Below, piece after piece: positions 1-8,916 of a stretch of DNA of 64,000 nt. Numbering within the stretch: position 1 is the stretch's first letter; every line of letters starts with the position of its first letter. The notes under the pieces are model-generated. The model did no database searches, had not been told where the DNA came from, and saw nothing but the letters and a program-made list of their open reading frames with translations. The DNA comes from a bacterium UBP11_UBA4055. GTDB taxonomy: Bacteria; UBA4055. The DNA lies in the NCBI GenBank assembly GCA_002382735.1, contig DFZN01000043.1, forward strand, positions 35,543-99,542. Direction: 5' to 3'. The translations under genes and the position numbers were made by a program.

Positions 1-1
1 C

Positions 2-1450
2 AATCAAACCTCCGAATTTAATAAAGCTGTTCTTCTCTTTCTTTAAAAGCGGAGTCCCTGTAAAACCGATATAGCAGGCTTTCGGGAACATCTGACGCAT
101 TCTTGCGGAAAAAGAGCCGAACTGAGTTCTGTGGCTTTCGTCAACAAGCACGAAAATATCTGGTGAATCGTCTTTAAACTGCTTATATGCCATAGCCTTG
201 TCGAATTTGTGAATCAGAGTCGTGATTATGCCTGCGCTTTTATTTACTACTAGACCTACGAGATTTTTTCCAGATGTCGCCCTTTTCGGTTCAAGACGGC
301 AGGCGGCGAAAGTATTTTTTAGCTGTCTGTCAAGATCGTCCCTGTCCGTAACAAGAACAATTCTAGGGTTGATTATTCTGTTCTCTATAGCGAGATTTCT
401 TGCCAGCATCACCATCGTTAAAGACTTCCCTGAACCCTGAGTGTGCCAGATTATACCGCCTCTTCTTCTTCCATCCTCATCAAGATGCTTTATTCTTTCG
501 AGAGTGGATTTTATTACCTGATACTGCTGATACCGTGCTATCTTCTTTATACCGCCGTCAAAAACGAGATATTTCCAGGTCAGTTCCAACAGCCTGCCCG
601 GCCTGCACAACGAATAAATTGCTTTATCCTGCTCCGTTACAAGCCTTTCCTGATTAAGCATAACTGATTTGACTTTAAAATATTCGGAAATGCTTTTAAC
701 AGTCTCTGCAGAAATCTTTTTATTTACCAATTCCTGTAATTTTTTATATTCGGACTCAGTCTGATTCATAAGCGGCTCTTTCCATACGCCCCAGAACTTT
801 TCCGAAGTGCCCGCTGTCGCATACTTAGCTTCATTTTTGTTAACTGTAAGAATAAGCTGATTATAAACAAAAAGATGCTGTATATATTCTGCCGTCTGAT
901 TCCTTATCATCTGAGAAATACCCTGACTGATTTCCTCCGTCGGCGATTTACACTCGATAACGCACATTGGAATTCCGTTCACAAAAAGAACAAGATCAGG
1001 CCTTGAAGTATCATTACTCCTTGACCTCTCTACGCTGAATTCAGGCGAAACATGAAAAGCATTATTCCCCGGATTCTTCCAGTCAATATAATTAAGATCA
1101 AAACTCTTTAAATCGCCCTCAATATTTTGCTCCATAGCGGTTCCAAGCGTCAATAGGTCATAAACAGCTTCATTCGTTTTAAGCAAGCCGTCATACTTGA
1201 TATTCTTGATCTTCTGAACCGCAGACTGAATATTCTCCTCGCTGAAAAGATACTCTTTTCCCTTATAATAAATCCGATTAATGTCCTTAAGCTTATTCCT
1301 TAAAACATTTTCAAGAATAACATTCGACAAACGACCCTGCCGTTCCTCAACCGCCTTTGCGGGAGTAATATAAACATAACCCAAATTAACCAGCAGCTCA
1401 ACCGCAGGTATCTGAGACAATAACTTTTCATTAAATTCAAGATCAGGCAT
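2..1450 (-). CDS. hsdR: Type I restriction enzyme R subunit (5' part; runs off the left edge)
   Basis: Absent from the ORF track because there is no stop in the window. Manual translation from ATG at 1450: MPDLEFNEKLLSQIPAVELL..., RPDLVLFVNGIPMCVIECK (PD..ExK nuclease), WHTQGSGKS (Walker A), VLVDESHR (DExH), GFTGTP. Confidence 0.95.
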   Translation of the reverse strand, partial: MPDLEFNEKLLSQIPAVELLVNLGYVYITPAKAVEERQGRLSNVILENVLRNKLKDINRIYYKGKEYLFSEENIQSAVQKIKNIKYDGLLKTNEAVYDLLTLGTAMEQNIEGDLKSFDLNYIDWKNPGNNAFHVSPEFSVERSRSNDTSRPDLVLFVNGIPMCVIECKSPTEEISQGISQMIRNQTAEYIQHLFVYNQLILTVNKNEAKYATAGTSEKFWGVWKEPLMNQTESEYKKLQELVNKKISAETVKSISEYFKVKSVMLNQERLVTEQDKAIYSLCRPGRLLELTWKYLVFDGGIKKIARYQQYQVIKSTLERIKHLDEDGRRRGGIIWHTQGSGKSLTMVMLARNLAIENRIINPRIVLVTDRDDLDRQLKNTFAACRLEPKRATSGKNLVGLVVNKSAGIITTLIHKFDKAMAYKQFKDDSPDIFVLVDESHRTQFGSFSARMRQMFPKACYIGFTGTPLLKKEKNSFIKFGGLI

Positions 1451-1580
1451 TTATACCCCTCGGCTTTAACCGCTTTATATCCTGTTCAAGCTCATTGATA
1501 CTTTCTTCGTACTCGATCTGCTTTTTCTTGTTTCTATAATTCTCATATTCAGTAAGATAATTTTTGGCGATGCTGACATC
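1443..1580 (-). pseudogene. RhuM-family 3' remnant, internally deleted
   Basis: Frame reads DVSIAKNYLT|EYENYRNKKKQIEYEESINELEQDIKRLKPRGINA*. DVSIAKNYL and EYExYR resemble two separate RhuM motifs that are normally far apart. There is no start codon, and the TGA overlaps the hsdR start (aATGCCTGA). Confidence 0.65.
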
Positions 1581-1768
1581 ATTCTTTCATGCTCATCATC
1601 TGGTATGTAAGTAACATTAGATAAATCTAAATAACCCATTCTAATGTTTTTTGAGGTTATATAAAGGTTTCTCCCTCCAAATTTGCTTGGTGAGAAATGA
1701 GTACAATCCTTAATGATTTCCAAGACATTACTGAATTTATCCTTTTTCCACCCAAGAGGTACTTTCAT
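1475..1768 (-). pseudogene. hsdS: Truncated Type I specificity subunit (first ~63 aa of a TRD, then out-of-frame tail)
   Basis: VPLGWKKDKFSNVLEII..THFSP...LYITSKNIRMGYLDLSNVTYI is a typical HsdS N-terminus. The ORF is only 97 aa and its start overlaps the dinD stop (ATGA). Confidence 0.8.
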
Positions 1769-2628
1769 TCGCCATCCTCCGGTTTTGTGGGTAGTCCGCA
1801 GTCTTTGACGAGTTTTTTATCGGAGGATTTTACTTTTCGTTCGAGTTTTTTGAGGTCTTCGGCTGGAGTAAGTTCTTCCGGTTTTATTCCTCTTTCTCCG
1901 AGAATTTTTCTGACGCTTGTGTTATTCCGGACATGTTCATCTGTGATCGAAGGTTCACCGTAAAGGTCTTTATGTTTTACATTATGGTTTGTCATTTCAG
2001 TGGCGAGATTCTTTGCAGCTATTGTAACCGTCGGGAGGAAATCGGCGAGAGGTCTGTTTTCGGGTACCGAAAGTTTGGTTTTCATAATCTGTGTATTGTG
2101 GCCTCCGAACAGTGCTGAATCACCCTTGGATCTAATCCTGCCGAAACCTTTTTCATCAACGCCTCTCTCATAGATGTTCCGGGATAATTCTGTTTCGGAT
2201 TCCGATAGTTTTTGTCTGGCAGAAAGTCTTTCGTTTAAACGGATCCTTTCTTCGATTATTTCCTGCTTTCTTGTCTGTACTGCAAAGTATGTCTGAGCGA
2301 AAGCTATCTCTTCTTTTCTCGGATCGCCGTTCTGTGCTATCAGGTAGCAGGCATATCGTGTTAGCATTATGTCGTCAATTTCTCTTTTTGTAACTGATCC
2401 TATTTCGACCATTTTCGTGACGCCACGAAAATGGTTTTCAATTTCTGCTCCTGCGGCTTTACATGAGACTGTCGCTTTAGTAATAACTTTACTGAAATTT
2501 TCCCAGCGATCGTAACCCAGTCTGTTCATAATTTCACGGGCATACCAAAACTCAACATTAGTTTCTGAGGTTGTTTTTACAATTTCATCCAGTGAGTTTT
2601 TTAGTTTTAATATTGTATCGTTGTTCAT
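1765..2628 (-). CDS. dinD: DNA damage-inducible protein D family
   Basis: EFWYARE..LGY.RWENF, DIMLTRYACYLIAQNGDPRKEEIAFAQTYFAVQTRKQE, FGRIRSKGD.ALFGG, RPLADFLPT. Confidence 0.9.
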   Translation of the reverse strand: MNNDTILKLKNSLDEIVKTTSETNVEFWYAREIMNRLGYDRWENFSKVITKATVSCKAAGAEIENHFRGVTKMVEIGSVTKREIDDIMLTRYACYLIAQNGDPRKEEIAFAQTYFAVQTRKQEIIEERIRLNERLSARQKLSESETELSRNIYERGVDEKGFGRIRSKGDSALFGGHNTQIMKTKLSVPENRPLADFLPTVTIAAKNLATEMTNHNVKHKDLYGEPSITDEHVRNNTSVRKILGERGIKPEELTPAEDLKKLERKVKSSDKKLVKDCGLPTKPEDGE

Positions 2629-2689
2629 ATATTTATATCCTCATTGCTTATTTCATCTTACCATTTTCACCGACCGGGAGAAATGGTTT

Positions 2690-2827
2690 TCATCGTTCAA
2701 ACCCTTGTAACATACTCTTTACTTGTACGGTTACTTGTTCGGTTACTTGTTCGGTTACTTCATTAACTGGTGCCATAACTGGTGCCGTTACTTCACCCAT
2801 ATCTTCAAATATCTGCTGGAGATTCAT
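2690..2827 (-). pseudogene. 45-aa micro-ORF with VTxQ repeats; probable remnant of a Fic-associated wHTH linker protein
   Basis: MNLQQIFEDMGEVTAPVMAPVNEVTEQVTEQVTVQVKSMLQGFER*. The ATG overlaps the hsdM stop (ATGA). A 12-bp tandem repeat GTTACTTGTTCG lies at ~2730-2760. Confidence 0.5.
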
Positions 2828-4377
2828 CTTTCAATCTTTTTTAACTTTTGCGCCATTTTAGTTTTGACTTCCGCAAGTTCTTTTTCAAGCTGGTCAATTT
2901 CATTCTGAACTTCATCTACATCAATTTCTTCCTCTTCCTCAAAAGTATCAACATAACGGGGAATATTTAAGTTGAAATCATTATCTTTTATCTCGTTGAA
3001 TGAGGCAAGATACGCATATTTATCTATATTTGTTCTTTCTGTGAAAGTCTGCATAATTTTGGTTATATGGTCATCCGATAGAGTGTTATGGTTCTTTTCC
3101 GAAACATAATCATTGCTTGCATCAATGAAAAGCACTTTATTGTCCATTTCCCGTACTCCGCCTTTTTCCCTGCTTCTGTCAAATACAAGTATGGCGACAG
3201 GTATGCTCGTTGTGGGAAAAAGATTTCCCGGCAGTCCGATTACGGCGTCAAGCATATTTTCTTCTATCATTTTTCTTCTTATGCGGCCTTCAGCTGCACC
3301 CCGAAAAAGTACTCCGTGAGGAACAACGACAGCTACTCTGCCTTCTTTTTCAAGAGCAGTCTCGATCATGTGCGTAATAAATGCCCAGTCACCTTTGCTT
3401 TTTGGCGGTACGCCTCTCCAGAACCTGTTGTAACGGTCGCTTTCGGCATTTTCCGCACCCCATTTATCAAGAGAAAATGGTGGATTTGCCACAACGCAGT
3501 TGTATTTAATAAGTTTGTCTTTTTCGATAAGAAGAGGGCCGTTCAGAGTATCGCACCATTCAATTCTCGCACTGTCGAAGCTGTGGAGAAACATATTCAT
3601 CCTGCAAAGCGCCCATGTGCTTCCATTTGATTCCTGGCCGAAAAGCGCAAAGTTTCTGCTTCCAACCTGATAAGCTGACTGAATAAGCAGGCCGCCTGCA
3701 CCGCAGGTCGGATCGCAGATTTTGTCACCGTCTTTCGGATTCGCGAGTTTAGCTACAAGTTCAGTTACTTTCAGCGGGGTAAAAAATTCTCCGGCTTTCT
3801 TGCCTGAATCTGAAGCAAATTTTTCTATTAGATAAATGTAAGTGTTACCGATAACATCTTCCGAAACTTTTGATGGGCTCATGTTAAGTTCCGGCTTGTG
3901 GAAATCCTCAAGAAGCCTCTTCAGCCTTCTGTTTCTGTCAGCAGTTCTTCCAAGATTCGATTCACTGTTAAAATCGATGTTTCTAAATACGCCCTCAAGC
4001 TTTGTTTTGTTGGCTTCTTCTATGTGATCAAGCACGATGTTTATCAGTTCTCCGAGATTAGGCGCGTTTCTTCTTTCGAATAAGCTGTAATAAGTAGCTT
4101 CAAATTTATCAATTACTTTCTTCTGATCGTTGTCTTTTATTTCAATAATAGGGATGAGGAATCTTTCTCTTTCGAGTTTTCTTCTAATCCTCATGTCATC
4201 GCCGTACATTTTTTTATATTCTTCGTAGTGATCAATCCAGACATCCGAAATATACTTAAGAAACAGCATTACCAGAATGTAATCCTTATATTGAGCGGGA
4301 TCAACTACTCCTCTGAATGTATCACATGCTGACCATGCTGCATTATTAATATCTCTTTGGTCAATTTTATTAGCCAT
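2824..4377 (-). CDS. hsdM: Type I R-M DNA methyltransferase subunit M
   Basis: AWSACDTFRG, GEFFTP, ICDPTCGAGG (motif I), VANPPF (motif IV), PHGVLFRG, FNLNIPRYVD. Confidence 0.97.
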   Translation of the reverse strand: MANKIDQRDINNAAWSACDTFRGVVDPAQYKDYILVMLFLKYISDVWIDHYEEYKKMYGDDMRIRRKLERERFLIPIIEIKDNDQKKVIDKFEATYYSLFERRNAPNLGELINIVLDHIEEANKTKLEGVFRNIDFNSESNLGRTADRNRRLKRLLEDFHKPELNMSPSKVSEDVIGNTYIYLIEKFASDSGKKAGEFFTPLKVTELVAKLANPKDGDKICDPTCGAGGLLIQSAYQVGSRNFALFGQESNGSTWALCRMNMFLHSFDSARIEWCDTLNGPLLIEKDKLIKYNCVVANPPFSLDKWGAENAESDRYNRFWRGVPPKSKGDWAFITHMIETALEKEGRVAVVVPHGVLFRGAAEGRIRRKMIEENMLDAVIGLPGNLFPTTSIPVAILVFDRSREKGGVREMDNKVLFIDASNDYVSEKNHNTLSDDHITKIMQTFTERTNIDKYAYLASFNEIKDNDFNLNIPRYVDTFEEEEEIDVDEVQNEIDQLEKELAEVKTKMAQKLKKIER

Positions 4378-4380
4378 GCT

Positions 4381-4950
4381 TTAATCTCCCTTGATTAGGT
4401 TTAACAACTTTTGCGTTATTACATTTTTTCTTTTTATTATAATTGTTTCCATTGTCTCAGTTTCTTTTTTTAGTAAAGAATCAAGCTCTACAATATGCTT
4501 TTGAATTTCTTTTGACGGTACTTCGATTTCCATCTCCTTAAGATTATTTATGCTTATGAGTTTCTGAGATGTCCCTTTCGAGATAATATTGTAATATTCT
4601 TTTGCAGATTTCTGATTCAGATACCAGTTAAGATATTCCGGCAATATGTCTTCTGCTTTCACTATTAATACTATTAGAGGTGCTGATGCCACTGCAAGTA
4701 TGTCTTTCCCAAAAATATAGGTAGAATTAATTTCTCCCCGCGTTTTGAAGAGTATATCGTTTTTCTTTAAATAATGATTTTCTCTTATCGAATCATCAGT
4801 GATGAAATCAATATTTTTAAAATCGATCTTATAATCCTTAAGATCTTTCATCTGGATAACACCGAGTTTTCCTTTCTGATACTTCTTTAACCCGTTACGA
4901 AATGTGTATCCCGTTTTTATTTCAGCTATATTATCAAGTTTAACCTTCAT
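4381..4950 (-). CDS. hsdS: Half-size (single TRD + conserved helix) Type I specificity subunit
   Basis: MKVKLDNIAEIKTG.., NDILF, PEYLNWYLN, GTSQKLI, IEVPSKEIQKHIV followed by an amphipathic helix. The start is probably 4950 (SD GGGGA) rather than 4968. Confidence 0.85.
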   Translation of the reverse strand: MKVKLDNIAEIKTGYTFRNGLKKYQKGKLGVIQMKDLKDYKIDFKNIDFITDDSIRENHYLKKNDILFKTRGEINSTYIFGKDILAVASAPLIVLIVKAEDILPEYLNWYLNQKSAKEYYNIISKGTSQKLISINNLKEMEIEVPSKEIQKHIVELDSLLKKETETMETIIIKRKNVITQKLLNLIKGD

Positions 4951-4977
4951 CAATTCCCCAATTAACATCCTGTGTCA

Positions 4978-5006
4978 AGTATAACATATTATTTCGATTC
5001 CGTCAA
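4978..5006 (-). promoter_or_regulatory. Sigma70-type promoter of the Type I R-M operon
   Basis: Minus strand TTGACG-17 nt-TATACT. Confidence 0.7.
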
Positions 5007-5181
5007 GTATTACTTTCTATATTTTGTTTATTGCAACATTTTTAGTTCAATTTTTGACAGCGTGATGTGAATTTTTTTTTTTAAAAACCCGCATTCTGAT
5101 AATTATTAAACAAAAACTTTCAAGTAACTTTCTAACACCTAAAAATTGTTTATTTTTTACATATAATCTAAAATTTCCTTC

Positions 5182-5210
5182 TTGCTATTTTCGTGCGATT
5201 TCATTATATT
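5182..5210 (+). promoter_or_regulatory. Sigma70-type promoter of the ffh operon
   Basis: TTGCTA-17 nt-TATATT, ~55 nt upstream of ffh. Confidence 0.6.
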
Positions 5211-5263
5211 CGCAGTTCCTTAGAAATAAGGGCTTTATTATAAATAATAAACGATCCGGAAGT

Positions 5264-6610
5264 ATGTTCGAAGATCTGAGCGGAAAGCTCGAATCCATAT
5301 TTAAAACCTTAAAAGGACAGCACAGGATCTCGGAAGAGAATATTAAAGTATCTCTCAGAGAGGTCAGGGTAGCCTTGCTTGAAGCCGATGTGAACTACAT
5401 TGTGGTGAAAGATTTCATCAACAGGGTGCGCGACAGGGCTATCGGCGAAAAGGTGTTCGAAAAACTTACGCCGGGTCAGCTCATTATAAAATTCATTCAC
5501 GAAGAACTTGTCAGAGTGCTCGGTGGCGGAACTGCTGAAGTTGCGATGCAGAAAGGCGCACCGACAGTGATCATGATGTGTGGGCTCCAGGGCTCAGGTA
5601 AAACCACCCACACCGCAAAGCTGGCCAGCTACTTCCGTAAGAAGAACAAGAGCAGACCGCTCATGGTAGCCGCGGACATTTACAGGCCGGCCGCGATCGA
5701 TCAGCTCAAGACGCTCGGTAAACAGCTCAACATACCTGTTTATTCCGAGGACTCGAAAGATGTGACCACCATTTGCGTCAACGCGCTTGAGTTCGCAAAA
5801 GAGAACAGGAACGATCTTATAATACTCGACACGGCCGGAAGGCTCCACATTGATGAGGAGATGATGAACGAGCTCATCCGTGTAAAAGAAAAGATTCAGC
5901 CGCACGAGATCCTTTTCGTGGCCGACAGTATGATCGGGCAGGACGCCGTGACGACAGCCGCCGAGTTCAACGAAAAGCTCAACTTTGACGGAGTGATCCT
6001 GACCAAGATGGACGGGGATTCGAGAGGAGGAGCGGCGCTTTCTATCCGCGAGGTGACCGGCAAGCCTATCAAGTTCGTGGGTACCGGCGAGAAATTGGAC
6101 GAGATCGAGGTCTTTCATCCGGACAGGCTCGCGCAGAGAATACTCGGCATGGGCGATATCCTGTCGCTCGTCGAAAAAGCTCAGGACAGCATGGACCAGT
6201 CGGAAGCTGAAAGACTTGCGAGAAAGATCGAGAAAGAGGATTTCACTTACGAGGATTTTTTGGCTCAGATCAGGCAGATCAAGAAAATGGGTTCAATAAA
6301 ATCGATGCTCAAAATGATGCCCGGCATAGGAAATAAACTTGACGCAATGGATATAGACGAAAAAGCTTTTGTCAAGATCGAGGCTATAATCCATTCGATG
6401 ACGAGAAAGGAAAGAAATAAACCCCAGCTTCTCAACGGATCAAGGAAACTCAGGATCGCCAAAGGTTCGGGCAGGAGCGTTCAGGAAATAAATCAGCTCA
6501 TTAAACAGTTCGAGCAGATGAACATGATGATGAGACAGATAAGAAAGATAGGATTCAATAAACTGGCCAGAGGAATGTTCGGGGCGAAAGCTCCGGCAAG
6601 GCCGTATTAA
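5264..6610 (+). CDS. ffh: Signal recognition particle protein Ffh
   Basis: GLQGSGKTT, DTAGR, TKMDGDSRGGAALS, RLAQRILGMGD, Met-rich M domain. Confidence 0.99.
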   Translation: MFEDLSGKLESIFKTLKGQHRISEENIKVSLREVRVALLEADVNYIVVKDFINRVRDRAIGEKVFEKLTPGQLIIKFIHEELVRVLGGGTAEVAMQKGAPTVIMMCGLQGSGKTTHTAKLASYFRKKNKSRPLMVAADIYRPAAIDQLKTLGKQLNIPVYSEDSKDVTTICVNALEFAKENRNDLIILDTAGRLHIDEEMMNELIRVKEKIQPHEILFVADSMIGQDAVTTAAEFNEKLNFDGVILTKMDGDSRGGAALSIREVTGKPIKFVGTGEKLDEIEVFHPDRLAQRILGMGDILSLVEKAQDSMDQSEAERLARKIEKEDFTYEDFLAQIRQIKKMGSIKSMLKMMPGIGNKLDAMDIDEKAFVKIEAIIHSMTRKERNKPQLLNGSRKLRIAKGSGRSVQEINQLIKQFEQMNMMMRQIRKIGFNKLARGMFGAKAPARPY

Positions 6611-6682
6611 TTGTGTAATGGGCGTACCGGACTGGTTCCCGGCCGTTCATTAAATTACATAAAACAAATAACCGGAGGAAAA

Positions 6683-7309
6683 ATGGTTAAACTGAGAATG
6701 ACCAGACTGGGGAAGAAAAAAGCCCCCTTCTACAGGATCATCGCGATCGATTCTAAAAAAAGAAGAGACGGTGATTACATCGAAAAGATCGGTCTCTACA
6801 ATCCCGTGGCTTCAGGAAAAGCCGAGAGACTGAAGATCGAAACAGAAAAAGCGTTAAAATGGCTTCTTGAAGGAGCACAGCCTTCACCGACCGTCAGAAA
6901 TCTTTTCAGCGAAGTAGGGATTATGCTGAGATACGACATGATGAGAAGGATCAAAAAGCAGAAAGTCGAGAAAAAGGGCGCTGACGGCAAGCCGGTCATA
7001 AAGTACATCGCCGTTCTTGACGAAAACGGAGAACCTATCAGGAAATACACTGATGAGCAGATCGAGGAAGCTCACAGAAACTGGCTGCTCATTCAGGAAA
7101 AGAAGAAGAACAAAAAACCTGTTGAGAAAAAAATACTTTCCAAAAAAGCCAAAGCGAAGATAGAAGCCGATAAGAAAGCCGCTGCAACTGCAGCCGAAGC
7201 TACTAAAAAAGCAGCCGAGGATGCAAAGAAGGCAGAAGAAGAAGCTAAAAAAGCCGCTGAAGCTGCTGTAGCTGAAGCTCCCGCTGCTGAAGAGAACAAG
7301 GCTGAATAA
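6683..7309 (+). CDS. rpsP: 30S ribosomal protein S16 with insertion and long Ala/Lys/Glu tail
   Basis: MVKLRMTRLGKKKAPFYRIIAIDS..RRDG.YIEKIG.YNP. True start is 6683 (SD GGAGG); the track's 6611 start is upstream. Confidence 0.97.
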   Translation: MVKLRMTRLGKKKAPFYRIIAIDSKKRRDGDYIEKIGLYNPVASGKAERLKIETEKALKWLLEGAQPSPTVRNLFSEVGIMLRYDMMRRIKKQKVEKKGADGKPVIKYIAVLDENGEPIRKYTDEQIEEAHRNWLLIQEKKKNKKPVEKKILSKKAKAKIEADKKAAATAAEATKKAAEDAKKAEEEAKKAAEAAVAEAPAAEENKAE

Positions 7310-7314
7310 AAAAA

Positions 7315-7842
7315 ATGATCAGTCCCGACGACTATATATTGGTAGGAAAATTAGGCAGAACAGCGGGATTGAACGGTTCATTGACAATAGTTTCACTCAC
7401 ATCTTTCCCTGAAAGGTTCGGATCCATGAAGAAATTCTTCCTGACCAGAGAGAAAAGAACGCCTTTTGAGCTTGAAGTTGAAAAAGTGACCTACCATGAC
7501 AGCAGGATCATTGTTAAGCTTAAGGGGATCGACACGGAAGAAAAGGCTAAAGAACTTACCGGGTACAGGATAACCGTGAGCAAAAAAGACAGGGTAAAAC
7601 CGCCGAAAGACTGCTATTTCATAGAAGACCTTCTGGAATGCCTTGTTTATTTGAAGAACGGCGACCTAATAGGGAAGATGAAAGATGTGATAGACATGTC
7701 CTCAAATGACATTTATGTTGTTGACCGTAAGGGACAGGATGTTCTTATACCTGCGATAAAGCAGTTTATAAAGAATATTGACATAGAAAACAAACGGATC
7801 ACGGTGCAACTTACAGACGGAATGCTTCCCGATGAAGATTGA
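7315..7842 (+). CDS. rimM: Ribosome maturation factor RimM
   Basis: LVGKLGRTAGLNG, YFIEDLLECLV, NDIYVV, VLIPAIKQFIKNID; lies between rpsP and trmD. Confidence 0.95.
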   Translation: MISPDDYILVGKLGRTAGLNGSLTIVSLTSFPERFGSMKKFFLTREKRTPFELEVEKVTYHDSRIIVKLKGIDTEEKAKELTGYRITVSKKDRVKPPKDCYFIEDLLECLVYLKNGDLIGKMKDVIDMSSNDIYVVDRKGQDVLIPAIKQFIKNIDIENKRITVQLTDGMLPDED

Positions 7843-8518
7843 CATTGTAACCGCTTTACCGGAGCTGTTAACCGGGTTTGTAGGAGAATCCATACTGAGG
7901 ATCGGACAGGAAAAAGGTCTTATTGAGCTTAAAGTACACGATTTGAGGGACTGGACTGCCGACAGGCACAGAACGGTCGATGACTCCCCCTACGGCGGAG
8001 GTCCCGGAATGATAATGAAGGTCGAGCCTTTTGTGAAGGCGATAAGAGACCTTAAGACTCCAAAGTCGACCGTTATCATGCCCACGCCCGCCGGAGAAGT
8101 ATATTCGCAGATGATCGCGAGAGAACTTCTGGAGCTGGAACACATGATCATCATCTGCGGGCATTACAAGGGGATAGACGCGAGGATCGAGCATTACATT
8201 GACAGGTTCATCTCGACGGGCGACTACATTCTGACCGGCGGAGAACTTCCCGCAGCGATGATAGCCGACTCGGTCTGCAGGCTGATCCCAGGAGTGATAT
8301 CGGACATCGGTTCCGCCGATTCGGACTCTTTTGAGAACGGACTTCTGGACTGCGGCTATTACACGAGACCGCCCGTCTTTGAGGGTCATGAGGTTCCCGA
8401 AGTGCTCATGTCGGGCAATCACAAGTCTATCGGCAAATGGCGGATGAACGACTCTCTGGAAAGAACCGGGCTTAAAAGGCCGGATCTGTTTGAAAAGTAT
8501 AATGAAAAATTAAAATAA
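7832..8518 (+). CDS. trmD: tRNA (guanine-N1)-methyltransferase
   Basis: TVDDSPYGGGPGM, ICGHYKGID, DYILTGGELPA, YTRP. Confidence 0.98.
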   Translation: MKIDIVTALPELLTGFVGESILRIGQEKGLIELKVHDLRDWTADRHRTVDDSPYGGGPGMIMKVEPFVKAIRDLKTPKSTVIMPTPAGEVYSQMIARELLELEHMIIICGHYKGIDARIEHYIDRFISTGDYILTGGELPAAMIADSVCRLIPGVISDIGSADSDSFENGLLDCGYYTRPPVFEGHEVPEVLMSGNHKSIGKWRMNDSLERTGLKRPDLFEKYNEKLK

Positions 8519-8529
8519 CGGGGTAAAAG

Positions 8530-8880
8530 ATGGATTTTTTACATTCACTTAATACTGAGCAGGTCAAGACTGACAGACCGGAATTCAAAGCCGGCGACAC
8601 TCTTGATGTGCATATCAGGATAGTCGAGGGCAACAAGGAGAGGGTACAGGTTTTCTCCGGTGTTGTCATTCAGGTAAAGGGAACAGGCGTCGGAAAAACT
8701 TTTACGATAAGAAAAATATCGAACGGTATCGGCGTTGAAAAAATTCTTCCTCTGAACTCACCATTCATTGACAAGATCGTTAAAGTCAAGGAAGGCAAAG
8801 TCAGACAGGCCAGGATATACTACTTCAGAGAAAGAAGGGGTAAATCTGCAAGGATCAAGGAAGTCAAAAAGGGTAAATAA
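8530..8880 (+). CDS. rplS: 50S ribosomal protein L19
   Basis: PEFKAGDT, GNKERVQVFSGVVI, TFTIRKISNGIGVEK, ARIYYFRERRGKSARIKE. Confidence 0.99.
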   Translation: MDFLHSLNTEQVKTDRPEFKAGDTLDVHIRIVEGNKERVQVFSGVVIQVKGTGVGKTFTIRKISNGIGVEKILPLNSPFIDKIVKVKEGKVRQARIYYFRERRGKSARIKEVKKGK

Positions 8881-8887
8881 ACAAATG

Positions 8888-8916
8888 AAAAAGGCTGCCT
8901 CGCGCAGCCTTTTTTT
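8888..8916. terminator. Bidirectional intrinsic terminator between rplS and smpB
   Basis: AAAAAGGCTGC-ctcgc-GCAGCCTTTTTT between convergent genes. Confidence 0.85.

Noticed and set aside
2720-2795. Short tandem repeats GTTACTTGTTCG and TAACTGGTGCC as a possible CRISPR or VNTR
   Set aside because: Only 2-3 units, no spacers; they encode the VTEQ/APV peptide repeats
6611-6682. N-terminal extension of S16 in the ORF track
   Set aside because: SD GGAGG and the conserved MVKLR start point to 6683
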